Positions 1 through 7,308 of a DNA stretch of 33,234 nt are shown piece by piece. The stretch is from a virus (taxonomy: Duplodnaviria > Caudoviricetes), in the IMG/VR virus record IMGVR_UViG_3300042923_000752, positions 1 through 33,234 of that record; one strand, 5' to 3'. Each line of letters starts with the position of its first letter. The stretch's first letter is position 1. A model generated the notes under the pieces. It was given only the letters and a program-made list of their open reading frames with translations. It was not told where the DNA came from and did not search any database. The translations under genes were made by a program, and so were the position numbers.

Positions 1-468
1 TTTCAAAATCGGAAGATCACCTTTTTCACTGACCGCAAAAAACGTCTTGCGAATCAGTTTTTTAAAAACGGCGCCCTCGATCGAAATAAAATCTTCGGAA
101 GACGGCTTGTGCTGCTTCGGAAAAAACTCCGCATCCAGCCCCATGATTTCAAGTTTTGTTTGCTCGCAAATGAAAGTAGTTTTTCCGTCCTTCGTTACCG
201 ATATTTCGATGTCTCCTGTTGGCATATGCTTCGTAATTTCAATCGCCGACTTCGCCGGGAGCAACACTTCCCCCGGCGAATGGACGGTAACCTCGTCCAG
301 ATCGGCTTGAATCGTAAGATCGTAATCACATCCTACGAGCGTTAATCCATCGTCTGTCGCTCGAAACAAAATCCCTTGAAAAGCAAAATTTCCACTTTTA
401 GTCGGAACCGCCTTGCTCACCTGTTGCAACGGCTCCAGCAAAACATACCTCGGAATCGTAATTTTCAA
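1..468 (-). CDS. dnaN: DNA polymerase III beta subunit (sliding clamp) homolog, phage-encoded, 3' end outside window
   Basis: Not in ORF track. Manual translation from TTG at 468 (RBS GGAGGAG 474-480): MKITIPRYVLLEPLQQVSKAVPTKSGNFAFQGILFRATDDGLTLVGCDYDLTIQA...PGEVLLPAK...FPK...FKKLIRKTFFAVSEKGDLPILK, matching the N-terminal pattern of DnaN. Open to window edge. Confidence 0.85.
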   Translation of the reverse strand, partial: MKITIPRYVLLEPLQQVSKAVPTKSGNFAFQGILFRATDDGLTLVGCDYDLTIQADLDEVTVHSPGEVLLPAKSAIEITKHMPTGDIEISVTKDGKTTFICEQTKLEIMGLDAEFFPKQHKPSSEDFISIEGAVFKKLIRKTFFAVSEKGDLPILK

Positions 469-484
469 CCTTGCTCCTCCTCAT

Positions 485-949
485 CTACGCTAATACTTCC
501 AAATCCAGCATGAAGGCGAGTGTATAAAGTGCCTTGTATTTGATTCGCCGGAATGTCCGATCGCTGATCCCCATATCAATACTGAGCTGATAGTCGTAGT
601 CGTCCGCTGCTTCGATGTCCAGATACCTTTTATCGATAACTTCTCGCTGACGCTTCCGTAGGCACCTGAGTGCTCGATCCAGATTTTCCGAATTCCGTTT
701 GATGCGCGATTCTTTGTCCACGTTCCAAATGGCAGCGTCGGCCGTTTGATCGCTCGTTACGTTCGTACTGCCATGTTCACGAAGCGTATACCCTTGAGTG
801 GTCTTGATTTCTCTGCGAACAAACCCAATTTGACGATATATGCGAATCTCTTCCAGGTATTCCTCGATGCGTTCCGCTGTCCGTTCCTCATCGATCGGTG
901 GAAGAATCGAGAGCTGCCTGTCGTTTCTATTTTTTTTCGTTCTTCTCAT
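485..949 (-). CDS. ArpU/RinA-family phage late transcriptional activator
   Basis: 154 aa; N-terminal QLSILPPID and C-terminal sigma-region-4-like HTH (QREVIDKRYL...MGISDRTFRRIKYKALYTLAFML); at end of early operon. Confidence 0.85.
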   Translation of the reverse strand: MRRTKKNRNDRQLSILPPIDEERTAERIEEYLEEIRIYRQIGFVRREIKTTQGYTLREHGSTNVTSDQTADAAIWNVDKESRIKRNSENLDRALRCLRKRQREVIDKRYLDIEAADDYDYQLSIDMGISDRTFRRIKYKALYTLAFMLDLEVLA

Positions 950-971
950 GCTTGTCCCCTCACTCTCAAAC

Positions 972-982
972 TGTGTTATAAT
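972..982 (+). promoter_or_regulatory. Extended -10 sigmaA-type promoter, antisense to the arpU leader
   Basis: TGTG-T-TATAAT matches the Bacillota TRTGnTATAAT consensus; no good -35 at 17 bp. Confidence 0.5.
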
Positions 983-1011
983 TTGGAGTGAGAAGTTTTG
1001 TCCTTTTTTTA

Positions 1012-1048
1012 CCCCGGAATCCCTTCCCCAAAGGAGCCGGGGTTTTTT
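1012..1048 (+). terminator. Rho-independent terminator on + strand, antisense to the early operon
   Basis: CCCCGG...CCGGGG stem followed by TTTTTT on + only; the - strand reading is followed by A-run. Confidence 0.65.
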
Positions 1049-1057
1049 AATGCTCCC

Positions 1058-1456
1058 TTACTTCGCCTCTAAATCTAGCCCTTCTTCGATGAGTATTTGA
1101 TTAAGCACGAGCTTACTGACTCCAGCCTTTGAAGCGATATGCAGACGTTTCGGCTGCGGATTCTTGGTCGCCTCAGCTATGATGAATTGCCTGATTCTGG
1201 CCGGAACGTTTGTGTCGATGCTGAACGGTTCCCTAACACTATTACCGCGTCCGATAGAATAGGCGACATCTTTTGCTTGATAGAGCCCCTTTCCCGCTTT
1301 ATCAAGCGCCCCTTTTTGAACGAGCCTTAGAATTGAATTCATTGCCTTGCGATAATCTAAATTTACTTCTCTAACGACTTCGGACGTCCTTGTAGCTCGT
1401 CCGATCTGCAATATCGTTTTGTATATTTCAGCTTCCATTTCGGAAAGGTTGGTCAT
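1058..1456 (-). CDS. Winged-helix DNA-binding protein, phage early gene
   Basis: 132 aa; N-terminal wHTH pattern (LSEMEAEIY...TSEVVREVNLDYRKAMNSILRLVQKGAL); ATGA overlap with upstream gene. Confidence 0.6.
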   Translation of the reverse strand: MTNLSEMEAEIYKTILQIGRATRTSEVVREVNLDYRKAMNSILRLVQKGALDKAGKGLYQAKDVAYSIGRGNSVREPFSIDTNVPARIRQFIIAEATKNPQPKRLHIASKAGVSKLVLNQILIEEGLDLEAK

Positions 1457-2016
1457 TCTCTCCCCTCCTGAAGAAGCTTTTGGAAAACTATTCGATGGTT
1501 ATCATCGACGAGCATCTTGTCCAAGACGGCTACCTCTGTGGGTTTTAATTCCCTGCCAGCCCATTCCGTGAAGAAATCGAGAACCGGTTTTATAGCACAC
1601 ATCCGTCTTTTCCTACGTTCATATTCCCGTTGTGCTCGCTGATGAGCCCGGTTGTGTTCTTCCCAATCCTGCTCATCGAACCAAAAGTAATTCCCGTATT
1701 TTTCTCGATACTTGTCAATCCAAAGTTGCAGTTCAAACTCACTACTTTGAATTCTCGTATGACATTCCGAGTGGAGTCGTAAGCCGTTCGCCTTCACTCC
1801 ACGCCCTCCCCGGCCTCGTGGATAGATATGGTGTGTTTCTTGGTCCACCTTCCCACAACCACATTGACAACGCCCGTTTGCCTCGGCCTTTAACTCTAAA
1901 ATGACTTTAACAGGGAATTCCGCCCGATCTGCTGCGCTTGGTCTCGCCTTATGATGAGACAGGATGTTCTGACGCCAAGGCATGAGTTGTTTTTTGGGTT
2001 TCCGCTGGGTTAGCAT
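1453..2016 (-). CDS. HNH endonuclease-family protein
   Basis: CQCGC...THHIYPRGRGG...NGLRLHSECH: Zn-finger HNH motif. Confidence 0.8.
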   Translation of the reverse strand: MLTQRKPKKQLMPWRQNILSHHKARPSAADRAEFPVKVILELKAEANGRCQCGCGKVDQETHHIYPRGRGGRGVKANGLRLHSECHTRIQSSEFELQLWIDKYREKYGNYFWFDEQDWEEHNRAHQRAQREYERRKRRMCAIKPVLDFFTEWAGRELKPTEVAVLDKMLVDDNHRIVFQKLLQEGRE

Positions 2017-2489
2017 GTTCCGCCTCCTACCGCTTTGCTTTCTGAAGCTCTACTGACAATCATCTTGATCATGTGCCCGTTTCCTTCTTGTACAACCCCG
2101 TCCTTCAGACGCTTAACCTTGTATTTCACCCACGAAGAGGAACGAATTATATCTATGACTTCAGCTTCAGCGAAGTGGAGCCCGTCTCTCTTAAATCCTC
2201 CGAGAAGCGTTCCAGTCGGGATCATCTTGGGAACCTTGACAATATCTCCCACGTCCGGCGACATGCGTTCGCTGGTTATTTCCTTTGCACGTTGCTGTAC
2301 GTCACGTTTTAGGGACGCTTTTTGCTTACCTGGCATCTTTCCTGTTCCGTACTCGTGCATCAGTATCACTTTCAAAGCTTTATCGAAGGTGTATCCATCC
2401 GCGCATATAAGGGCTAATTGCTCGACGCAAGCAAGGCGATCGTTCCATTGGAATTTAGCTGTTGCTATAATTTCGCTCACTTGGTTCAC
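2010..2489 (-). CDS. Hypothetical phage protein
   Basis: 159 aa; RBS GGAGGT; overlaps both neighbours in the operon. Confidence 0.7.
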   Translation of the reverse strand: MNQVSEIIATAKFQWNDRLACVEQLALICADGYTFDKALKVILMHEYGTGKMPGKQKASLKRDVQQRAKEITSERMSPDVGDIVKVPKMIPTGTLLGGFKRDGLHFAEAEVIDIIRSSSWVKYKVKRLKDGVVQEGNGHMIKMIVSRASESKAVGGGTC

Positions 2490-3559
2490 ACCTCCATTTT
2501 GACTTTGTTTGCTTCGTCCAGCTTTGCGACTTTCTCCCGGATCGCTGCCAGCCGATCGTCAGATACGACTGGAGCCGGGCCGGGCTTGATCAAATCCATT
2601 TTGGGCTTTCCACTTGTTGTTCTGTAGCTGTTTCGATTTGGTGTAGAACCTTTTGAACCGCTCTTTTTCTTGAATTCATCGGCCATTTTTATGCACAGTT
2701 CGTCGTATTTCTCGCGGAACTTTGCAGCTGACAGAACGTTCTTCTGCCAAAAGTCGTCAGTGGTCACCCAATCTATGACTTGACGAATCTCGTCCTTGTC
2801 CCTTTTCTTGAGTTCGACGAGTTTTCTGAATTCATCCGCCCACACTTGGAGATTAGCACCCTCTACGAGATGGGCCTTTGAAATGCTTGCGGCATAAGCC
2901 ATCACCCTGTCGTAAAAATAACGAGCCATTTTAAAATAAAGGCTATCCTCGGCATACGTCTTTTGTTGCCGAGAAGAAGGTTTAGGTTTTAAATCTTCTT
3001 TCTTGTCATTCTTTACATTCTTTACATTCTTGTTTGTATTGTCGGGTTGTCGTTGCTTTCGCGTTGCTCCCGTTTCAGTTTCGCCGTTGCTTTCGTCGTT
3101 GCTGTCGTCGTTGCTGTCGTCGTTGCTTTCGTAACTTCTAAAATCCTGATAAACACCGTAGTTATCAATGGTTATCAGCAATTGATGCGTTGCTTTCATA
3201 GTCGTTATCATCGTTTCTTTCAACGTCTTGGTGGTCGTTGCTTCCGCGTTGCTTTCGACAGGGTTTCGTTTCGATTTCATCGCTTTACCGCGTAAAAACT
3301 CTAAAACCTGAAAGACTTGATCTTTCGTTGGCCTCACAACCCGAGCTCCAACCCTCCAGGACACGCCATCCATGATATCCGGGATCGACATCAGCACTTG
3401 TCCGCGCCGCAGTCCCTTATACTTCGAATGCTGCGCCGATGTAAGAAGAAAAATCCAGATTTTAATGTACAAAGGAGGCTTGTCCCATATCTCACTTTCG
3501 ATAATTTTCCTTGCCAGCAGAATACAACCGCCGGGTATTAAGGGCTCTCTTTCCGCCAC
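2486..3559 (-). CDS. Phage replication initiator / replisome organizer
   Basis: 357 aa; N-terminal wHTH (LARKIIESEIW...KIWIFLL...LRRGQ), low-complexity linker carrying iterons, C-terminal DDFWQKNVLSAAKFREKYDEL motif typical of Bacillota phage initiators. Confidence 0.85.
   Translation of the reverse strand: MAEREPLIPGGCILLARKIIESEIWDKPPLYIKIWIFLLTSAQHSKYKGLRRGQVLMSIPDIMDGVSWRVGARVVRPTKDQVFQVLEFLRGKAMKSKRNPVESNAEATTTKTLKETMITTMKATHQLLITIDNYGVYQDFRSYESNDDSNDDSNDESNGETETGATRKQRQPDNTNKNVKNVKNDKKEDLKPKPSSRQQKTYAEDSLYFKMARYFYDRVMAYAASISKAHLVEGANLQVWADEFRKLVELKKRDKDEIRQVIDWVTTDDFWQKNVLSAAKFREKYDELCIKMADEFKKKSGSKGSTPNRNSYRTTSGKPKMDLIKPGPAPVVSDDRLAAIREKVAKLDEANKVKMEV
3009..3256. repeat. Iteron array plus AT-rich tract; probable phage replication origin inside the initiator gene
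   Basis: Nine copies of a CGTTGCTTTC-like 10-mer at 3051, 3062, 3085, 3097, 3109, 3121, 3188, 3236 and 3247, adjacent to AT-rich TTCTTTACA repeats (3009-3040). Confidence 0.8.
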
Positions 3560-3572
3560 AGTTCAACCCTCC

Positions 3573-3878
3573 TCATCCGCCGGGATCGTCGTTGCGAAAC
3601 ACTTCATAGTCGTAAAACAGCATGTCCGATGAACGAGAGATTAGAAGACTTGTCCGATCATACATAGCCGCATATTTATAAGGACCTGGTCCGGCGACAC
3701 AATAACGGAATGCCGCCGGTTCTTCGCCTTTCATTGCAGCGCACTTGAAAAATCTGCAACGCGATTTGGTCAAAAATATCCGCTTTCCAGCCGGTTCGAC
3801 GATCCATCTTCCACGCGCGTTAAACGGCTTCTCCGACACTTCAACCTCGGCACGGGTGTAATACCCACCCTCAGGCAT
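3573..3878 (-). CDS. Hypothetical phage protein
   Basis: Start moved from 3923 to ATG 3878 behind RBS GAGGAGG; tightly packed in operon. Confidence 0.65.
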   Translation of the reverse strand: MPEGGYYTRAEVEVSEKPFNARGRWIVEPAGKRIFLTKSRCRFFKCAAMKGEEPAAFRYCVAGPGPYKYAAMYDRTSLLISRSSDMLFYDYEVFRNDDPGG

Positions 3879-3879
3879 T

Positions 3880-4284
3880 CTATCCCTCCTCAGCCTTGTC
3901 AGAATCGCGAGATAAGGGTACAATTGATGGAGATGCTTTTATGGATGGCATCGATTCGTAGTCGCCCTGCTCGGCGGCTATTTGTTTTATATCAGATATA
4001 AAGTCCGCTACTTTGTATACATCGCAAAGCAATACATCCAGATCAACAAAGAAGTATCCATTTGAGCGATTGTATGTTAGTTCGATAAAATACGAAGGAA
4101 CGCGAGTACCTGCGACTAAGCGAAATGCCAAGTAGTTATTTATTTCCATGGTGTCGATTTTAAAAATTTTAGTACGCTTCCTGAGTGTTTCTTTTATCTT
4201 CTGAACGAAATCCGCGCTCGTCATCGCTTCTATTGCTTCGTAATTCAGTTCCTGCTGGCCGTTCGCTCTGATCTTGAGCAGCAC
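3880..4284 (-). CDS. Hypothetical phage protein
   Basis: 134 aa; strong RBS AAGGAGGGG before GTG. Confidence 0.7.
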   Translation of the reverse strand: MLLKIRANGQQELNYEAIEAMTSADFVQKIKETLRKRTKIFKIDTMEINNYLAFRLVAGTRVPSYFIELTYNRSNGYFFVDLDVLLCDVYKVADFISDIKQIAAEQGDYESMPSIKASPSIVPLSRDSDKAEEG

Positions 4285-4298
4285 CCAAACCCCCTCCT

Positions 4299-4397
4299 TT
4301 ATCTAAAAATTGCCGCGAAGCAAATCATCGAAAACATAAACAATGGAAACAATATGTAAATAGCGATAGCAGATCCAATAACTTCTTTCTTATCCAT
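4299..4397 (-). CDS. Small single-pass membrane peptide (32 aa)
   Basis: Manual translation MDKKEVIGSAIAIYILFPLFMFSMICFAAIFR; fills the gap between flanking genes; RBS-like AAGGGG is somewhat distant. Confidence 0.55.
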   Translation of the reverse strand: MDKKEVIGSAIAIYILFPLFMFSMICFAAIFR

Positions 4398-4402
4398 CTG
4401 GA

Positions 4403-4912
4403 CTACCGGTCCCCTTTCCTGATTTCCATTTCATGCTTCTTGATTAGTCGAGCCCGATCTAGTCCGAACTCTTCTTCAAGCACTCCCTGCATAACCAAAC
4501 CCTTTTCCAATACATCCCGAATTTCTTGCCATACCCTTTCAGCCGATTCCCTGCGCTTTTCCGGATCAATATGTTTAGCCAATACCAGTTCCCCCAATAC
4601 GCGCTCAGCTTCGCTCATCTCTTTTAGAAACAAGTCCTTGAGTGCTGCCGGGTGCAAATCCATATTCGGAACGTGGTCAAGATAATACGAGATATATCCG
4701 TCGGTACGCTCATCAGCAACTTTTAAGGCAAACTTCCAGTTCATTCCCGAGATTGCATGATCAAAACTAAGGGGCAAATCTCGTTCACCGTTCTCGATTC
4801 TGGACAATGTGGTCCGATCCATTGGATGATCTTTGGAGAGTTGCTGGACAAAAGCGTCTTGCGACATTTTGTTATCTTTCCGGTACTGGAGTATTGTTTG
4901 ACCGATCGACAA
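4403..4912 (-). CDS. XRE-family HTH transcriptional regulator
   Basis: IGQTILQYRKDNKMSQ...DRTTLSRIENGER HTH; start moved to TTG 4912 behind AAGGAGGG. Confidence 0.8.
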   Translation of the reverse strand: MSIGQTILQYRKDNKMSQDAFVQQLSKDHPMDRTTLSRIENGERDLPLSFDHAISGMNWKFALKVADERTDGYISYYLDHVPNMDLHPAALKDLFLKEMSEAERVLGELVLAKHIDPEKRRESAERVWQEIRDVLEKGLVMQGVLEEEFGLDRARLIKKHEMEIRKGDR

Positions 4913-5187
4913 TGAGAAGCACCCTCCTTTTCTGCACATCTTTCGAGGATATTGTGAAATACTTGCACGGAACTGCTATTTATTTGTGACATGGGTATGA
5001 GGTAATATTTTCCTTGTAAGGAACAACCGCGAACCGGATTCCCCAAGTAGATTCCCCGATCTACTTCCCCATATCGCCCGCCGCCATGTCCTCGGCTGCG
5101 GGCCCTCACTTTAATCTGAAGGAGAAAATACAATGGTTGAAATCGATATTAAGCGCCTTTGCTTACTACTAGGCATACATTTCCCGC

Positions 5188-5370
5188 CTAATTTGATCCA
5201 CTTATGAGCTTGTACTCTTTCCCGGTCTCGATCATTGCGGCTATTACTTTGCATGAATTGGTCAATTGAGGGAAATCTTCTGGCCGGTTCCCAACAACTA
5301 CATCCGGGTTTGCCCGAGAGACAACTTTTTCACTGACAATTCTCAGCTTCTTTTGCGCTTCACCCTTCAT
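5188..5370 (-). CDS. Small hypothetical early protein (60 aa)
   Basis: ATG 5370 preceded by AGAGGAGG; directly after cro. Confidence 0.65.
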   Translation of the reverse strand: MKGEAQKKLRIVSEKVVSRANPDVVVGNRPEDFPQLTNSCKVIAAMIETGKEYKLISGSN

Positions 5371-5383
5371 TTGGTTTCCTCCT

Positions 5384-5611
5384 CTAAGTAGTTGGCGCCC
5401 CATCTACTTCGCGTAACGCGTAGCGACTAGGCAAAAAAATATTCTCCCTGCTTGTACCATATAAAGATGAGATGTTTTCAGCACGCTCTGCACTCACTTG
5501 TCTCTTGCCATTCTCAATCTCTGACAAGTACCCCGCTGGAATACCTAATTTCCGAGCTGCTTCTTCAATACTCAAACCGGCTTTGTTGCGAGCTCGTTTA
5601 ATGCCATTCAA
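5384..5611 (-). CDS. Cro-like XRE HTH regulator
   Basis: IKRARNKAGLSIEEAARKLGIPAGYLSEIENGKR; TTG 5611 behind GGAGGTG; divergent from repressor. Confidence 0.85.
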   Translation of the reverse strand: MNGIKRARNKAGLSIEEAARKLGIPAGYLSEIENGKRQVSAERAENISSLYGTSRENIFLPSRYALREVDGAPTT

Positions 5612-5628
5612 TTCTCTACACCTCCAAC

Positions 5629-5740
5629 TTCGCGAATCGCGATGCCATATACTGATAATACAACGCACAATGCGAAGTGTCAACGCATTTTGCGAAGTTT
5701 ATTAATATAAATTCACATTTCGCATAGTGCGAAGTATAAT
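5629..5740. promoter_or_regulatory. Lysis-lysogeny switch: divergent sigmaA promoters and four palindromic operators
   Basis: Operators near TTCGCAnnnTGCGAA at 5629-5643, 5662-5676, 5682-5696 and 5719-5733. Leftward promoter TTGACA(5683-5678)-17-TATTAT(5660-5655). Rightward promoter TTCACA(5712-5717)-17-TATAAT(5735-5740). Confidence 0.85.
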
Positions 5741-5759
5741 AGTTCGTAGGTGATGATTG

Positions 5760-6137
5760 ATGTTCCCCCAAAGACTAAGGCTATTGAGAAAAGAAAAAAA
5801 GTTGACCTCTAAGGAATTTGGTAAACTATTTCAATTAGCTGAGTCGACAATTTCCGGCTATGAAACTGGTGCGAGAAAACCTGATCTTGAGACCATCGAG
5901 AAATTCGCTGACTACTTTGCGGTTAGTGTAGATTACCTTAGTGGAAGATCAGAAATCCGTAATGCCGAAGAAATCGCTTCAAGAAGTGACAGCCGAAATT
6001 TAGACGAAGGCAGCTTAATCCGTGGTCGCGCCTATTATGATGGCGGAAAAGACTGGACCCCCGAGGAAATTGAGTTAGCTGATGCTTTCATCAAAGGTCT
6101 GAGGCAAGGAAATAAAAAGAATGATAAACAAGGCTGA
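5760..6137 (+). CDS. ImmR/CI-like immunity repressor (XRE HTH)
   Basis: RLRLLRKEKKLT...STISGYETGARKPDLETIEKFADYFAVSVDYLSGR; no S24 peptidase domain; followed by ImmA. Start could be TTG 5757. Confidence 0.9.
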   Translation: MFPQRLRLLRKEKKLTSKEFGKLFQLAESTISGYETGARKPDLETIEKFADYFAVSVDYLSGRSEIRNAEEIASRSDSRNLDEGSLIRGRAYYDGGKDWTPEEIELADAFIKGLRQGNKKNDKQG

Positions 6138-6165
6138 GCCCGTTTTCTTAGTGGGCTTTTCTTTT
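6137..6165 (+). terminator. Terminator after repressor
   Basis: AGCCC...GGGCT stem followed by TTTCTTTT. Confidence 0.55.
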
Positions 6166-6176
6166 CACCATAAATG

Positions 6177-6190
6177 CGAACATATATTCC
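6177..6190. promoter_or_regulatory. Putative LexA (SOS/Cheo) box upstream of the immA-orf-integrase operon
   Basis: CGAACATATATTCC versus Bacillota consensus CGAACRNRYGTTYC (one mismatch in the right half). Confidence 0.55.
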
Positions 6191-6212
6191 CGTTATGATG
6201 AGGGGGGAACTC

Positions 6213-6845
6213 GTGGATTTAACTTATTACAAGCCTACGGAGCTTGAATGCTGGTTGAATAATAAATACCTAGAAAACGGGATCTATCGCCCCTCCGACA
6301 TGAAAATTAAACGAATCGCAGCGATATTTGGTATTGAAGTACATCCGTTTACCGGAAGGTGTTTTGCTGATTGGCATGATAATGAAAACGGATATTTCAA
6401 TGCGATCATCGCACTAAATTACATGCTAGACGAAGAAACAAAACGCGAGCGCTTTTTTCATGAGCTATGTCATCCCCTTAAACATGTAGGATCTCAAAAC
6501 GAATTACCCGAATTAGCGAAGCAGCTCCAGGAGATTCAAGCATCACAGTTCCAACTCTACGCCGCTCTGCCGATCTACATGATCAAGGAATACATAGAAC
6601 AATGCTCAACTATCCAGATCCTCGAAAAAACACTTGCTGCTGCATTTTGTTTGCCTGAATCCCTTGTAAGGAGGCGATTACAACAAATCGAAAACAGGAT
6701 CTATTGGGGGCGAATTGAGTATTTACAAAAATCCCCTTCACCAAGAATTGTTATTACGAAGGAACATGTAAAGAGAGTCCAAGAAGAGTTTGGACGAAAG
6801 CGTCAAGAAAAAGAAGAAAAAGAGAGGATGATGAGAAATGGTTAA
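6213..6845 (+). CDS. ImmA/IrrE-family zinc metallopeptidase anti-repressor
   Basis: RERFFHELCH (HExxH) and QEIQASQFQLYAALP; start moved to GTG 6213 behind GAGGGGGG. Confidence 0.9.
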   Translation: MDLTYYKPTELECWLNNKYLENGIYRPSDMKIKRIAAIFGIEVHPFTGRCFADWHDNENGYFNAIIALNYMLDEETKRERFFHELCHPLKHVGSQNELPELAKQLQEIQASQFQLYAALPIYMIKEYIEQCSTIQILEKTLAAAFCLPESLVRRRLQQIENRIYWGRIEYLQKSPSPRIVITKEHVKRVQEEFGRKRQEKEEKERMMRNG

Positions 6846-7290
6846 AGTCGCAGTTTACTACGAGGAGCATCCCGAAACACTGGAAGTCGTACCGATGAAA
6901 ATGGTTGTTTATTTTGGGCGAGGGAAAATAAAATGGGACAAAAATTATTTTTATCTTGCCTTGACTACCCCTTTCAATCGCCAGCGCGTTGAAGACTTTG
7001 ATGCTGATATGATGTCGATAACAATTACTCAAGGAGAGATGGTACGAAATCCGGAGAAGGAAGCACAAATCGGGCCTTGCTTCGGTATATATCTCCCATA
7101 TTTGATTGAACGTCTTGAGAAAATGAAAGCAGACCGGGTAAATGAATTGGAACAACAAGGGTACTATGTAAACCCCGAGGAAGTTGAAAAAGACGATTAC
7201 ACTTCAGCCGAACAGTTTATCATCCAAATGGTTGATGTAGAAGAAGTGATGCAAATGGAAGATCTTGATCGCTTTTTTAAATGGAACTAA
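6838..7290 (+). CDS. Hypothetical acidic protein between immA and integrase
   Basis: 150 aa; overlaps immA stop by 8 nt. Confidence 0.7.
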   Translation: MVKVAVYYEEHPETLEVVPMKMVVYFGRGKIKWDKNYFYLALTTPFNRQRVEDFDADMMSITITQGEMVRNPEKEAQIGPCFGIYLPYLIERLEKMKADRVNELEQQGYYVNPEEVEKDDYTSAEQFIIQMVDVEEVMQMEDLDRFFKWN

Positions 7291-7308
7291 CCTAAGGAGG
7301 GGATACTT

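Noticed and set aside
1-468. Host chromosomal dnaN or oriC junction
   Set aside because: No dnaA or DnaA-box cluster upstream; directly downstream of the phage arpU gene; looks divergent from typical Bacillota DnaN.
3051-3256. CRISPR-like or mini-array repeat
   Set aside because: 10-bp units without unique spacers, inside the initiator ORF; better explained as iterons.
4741-5133. 130-aa minus-strand ORF
   Set aside because: Overlaps the XRE gene in another frame by about 170 nt and has no RBS; treated as non-coding leader.
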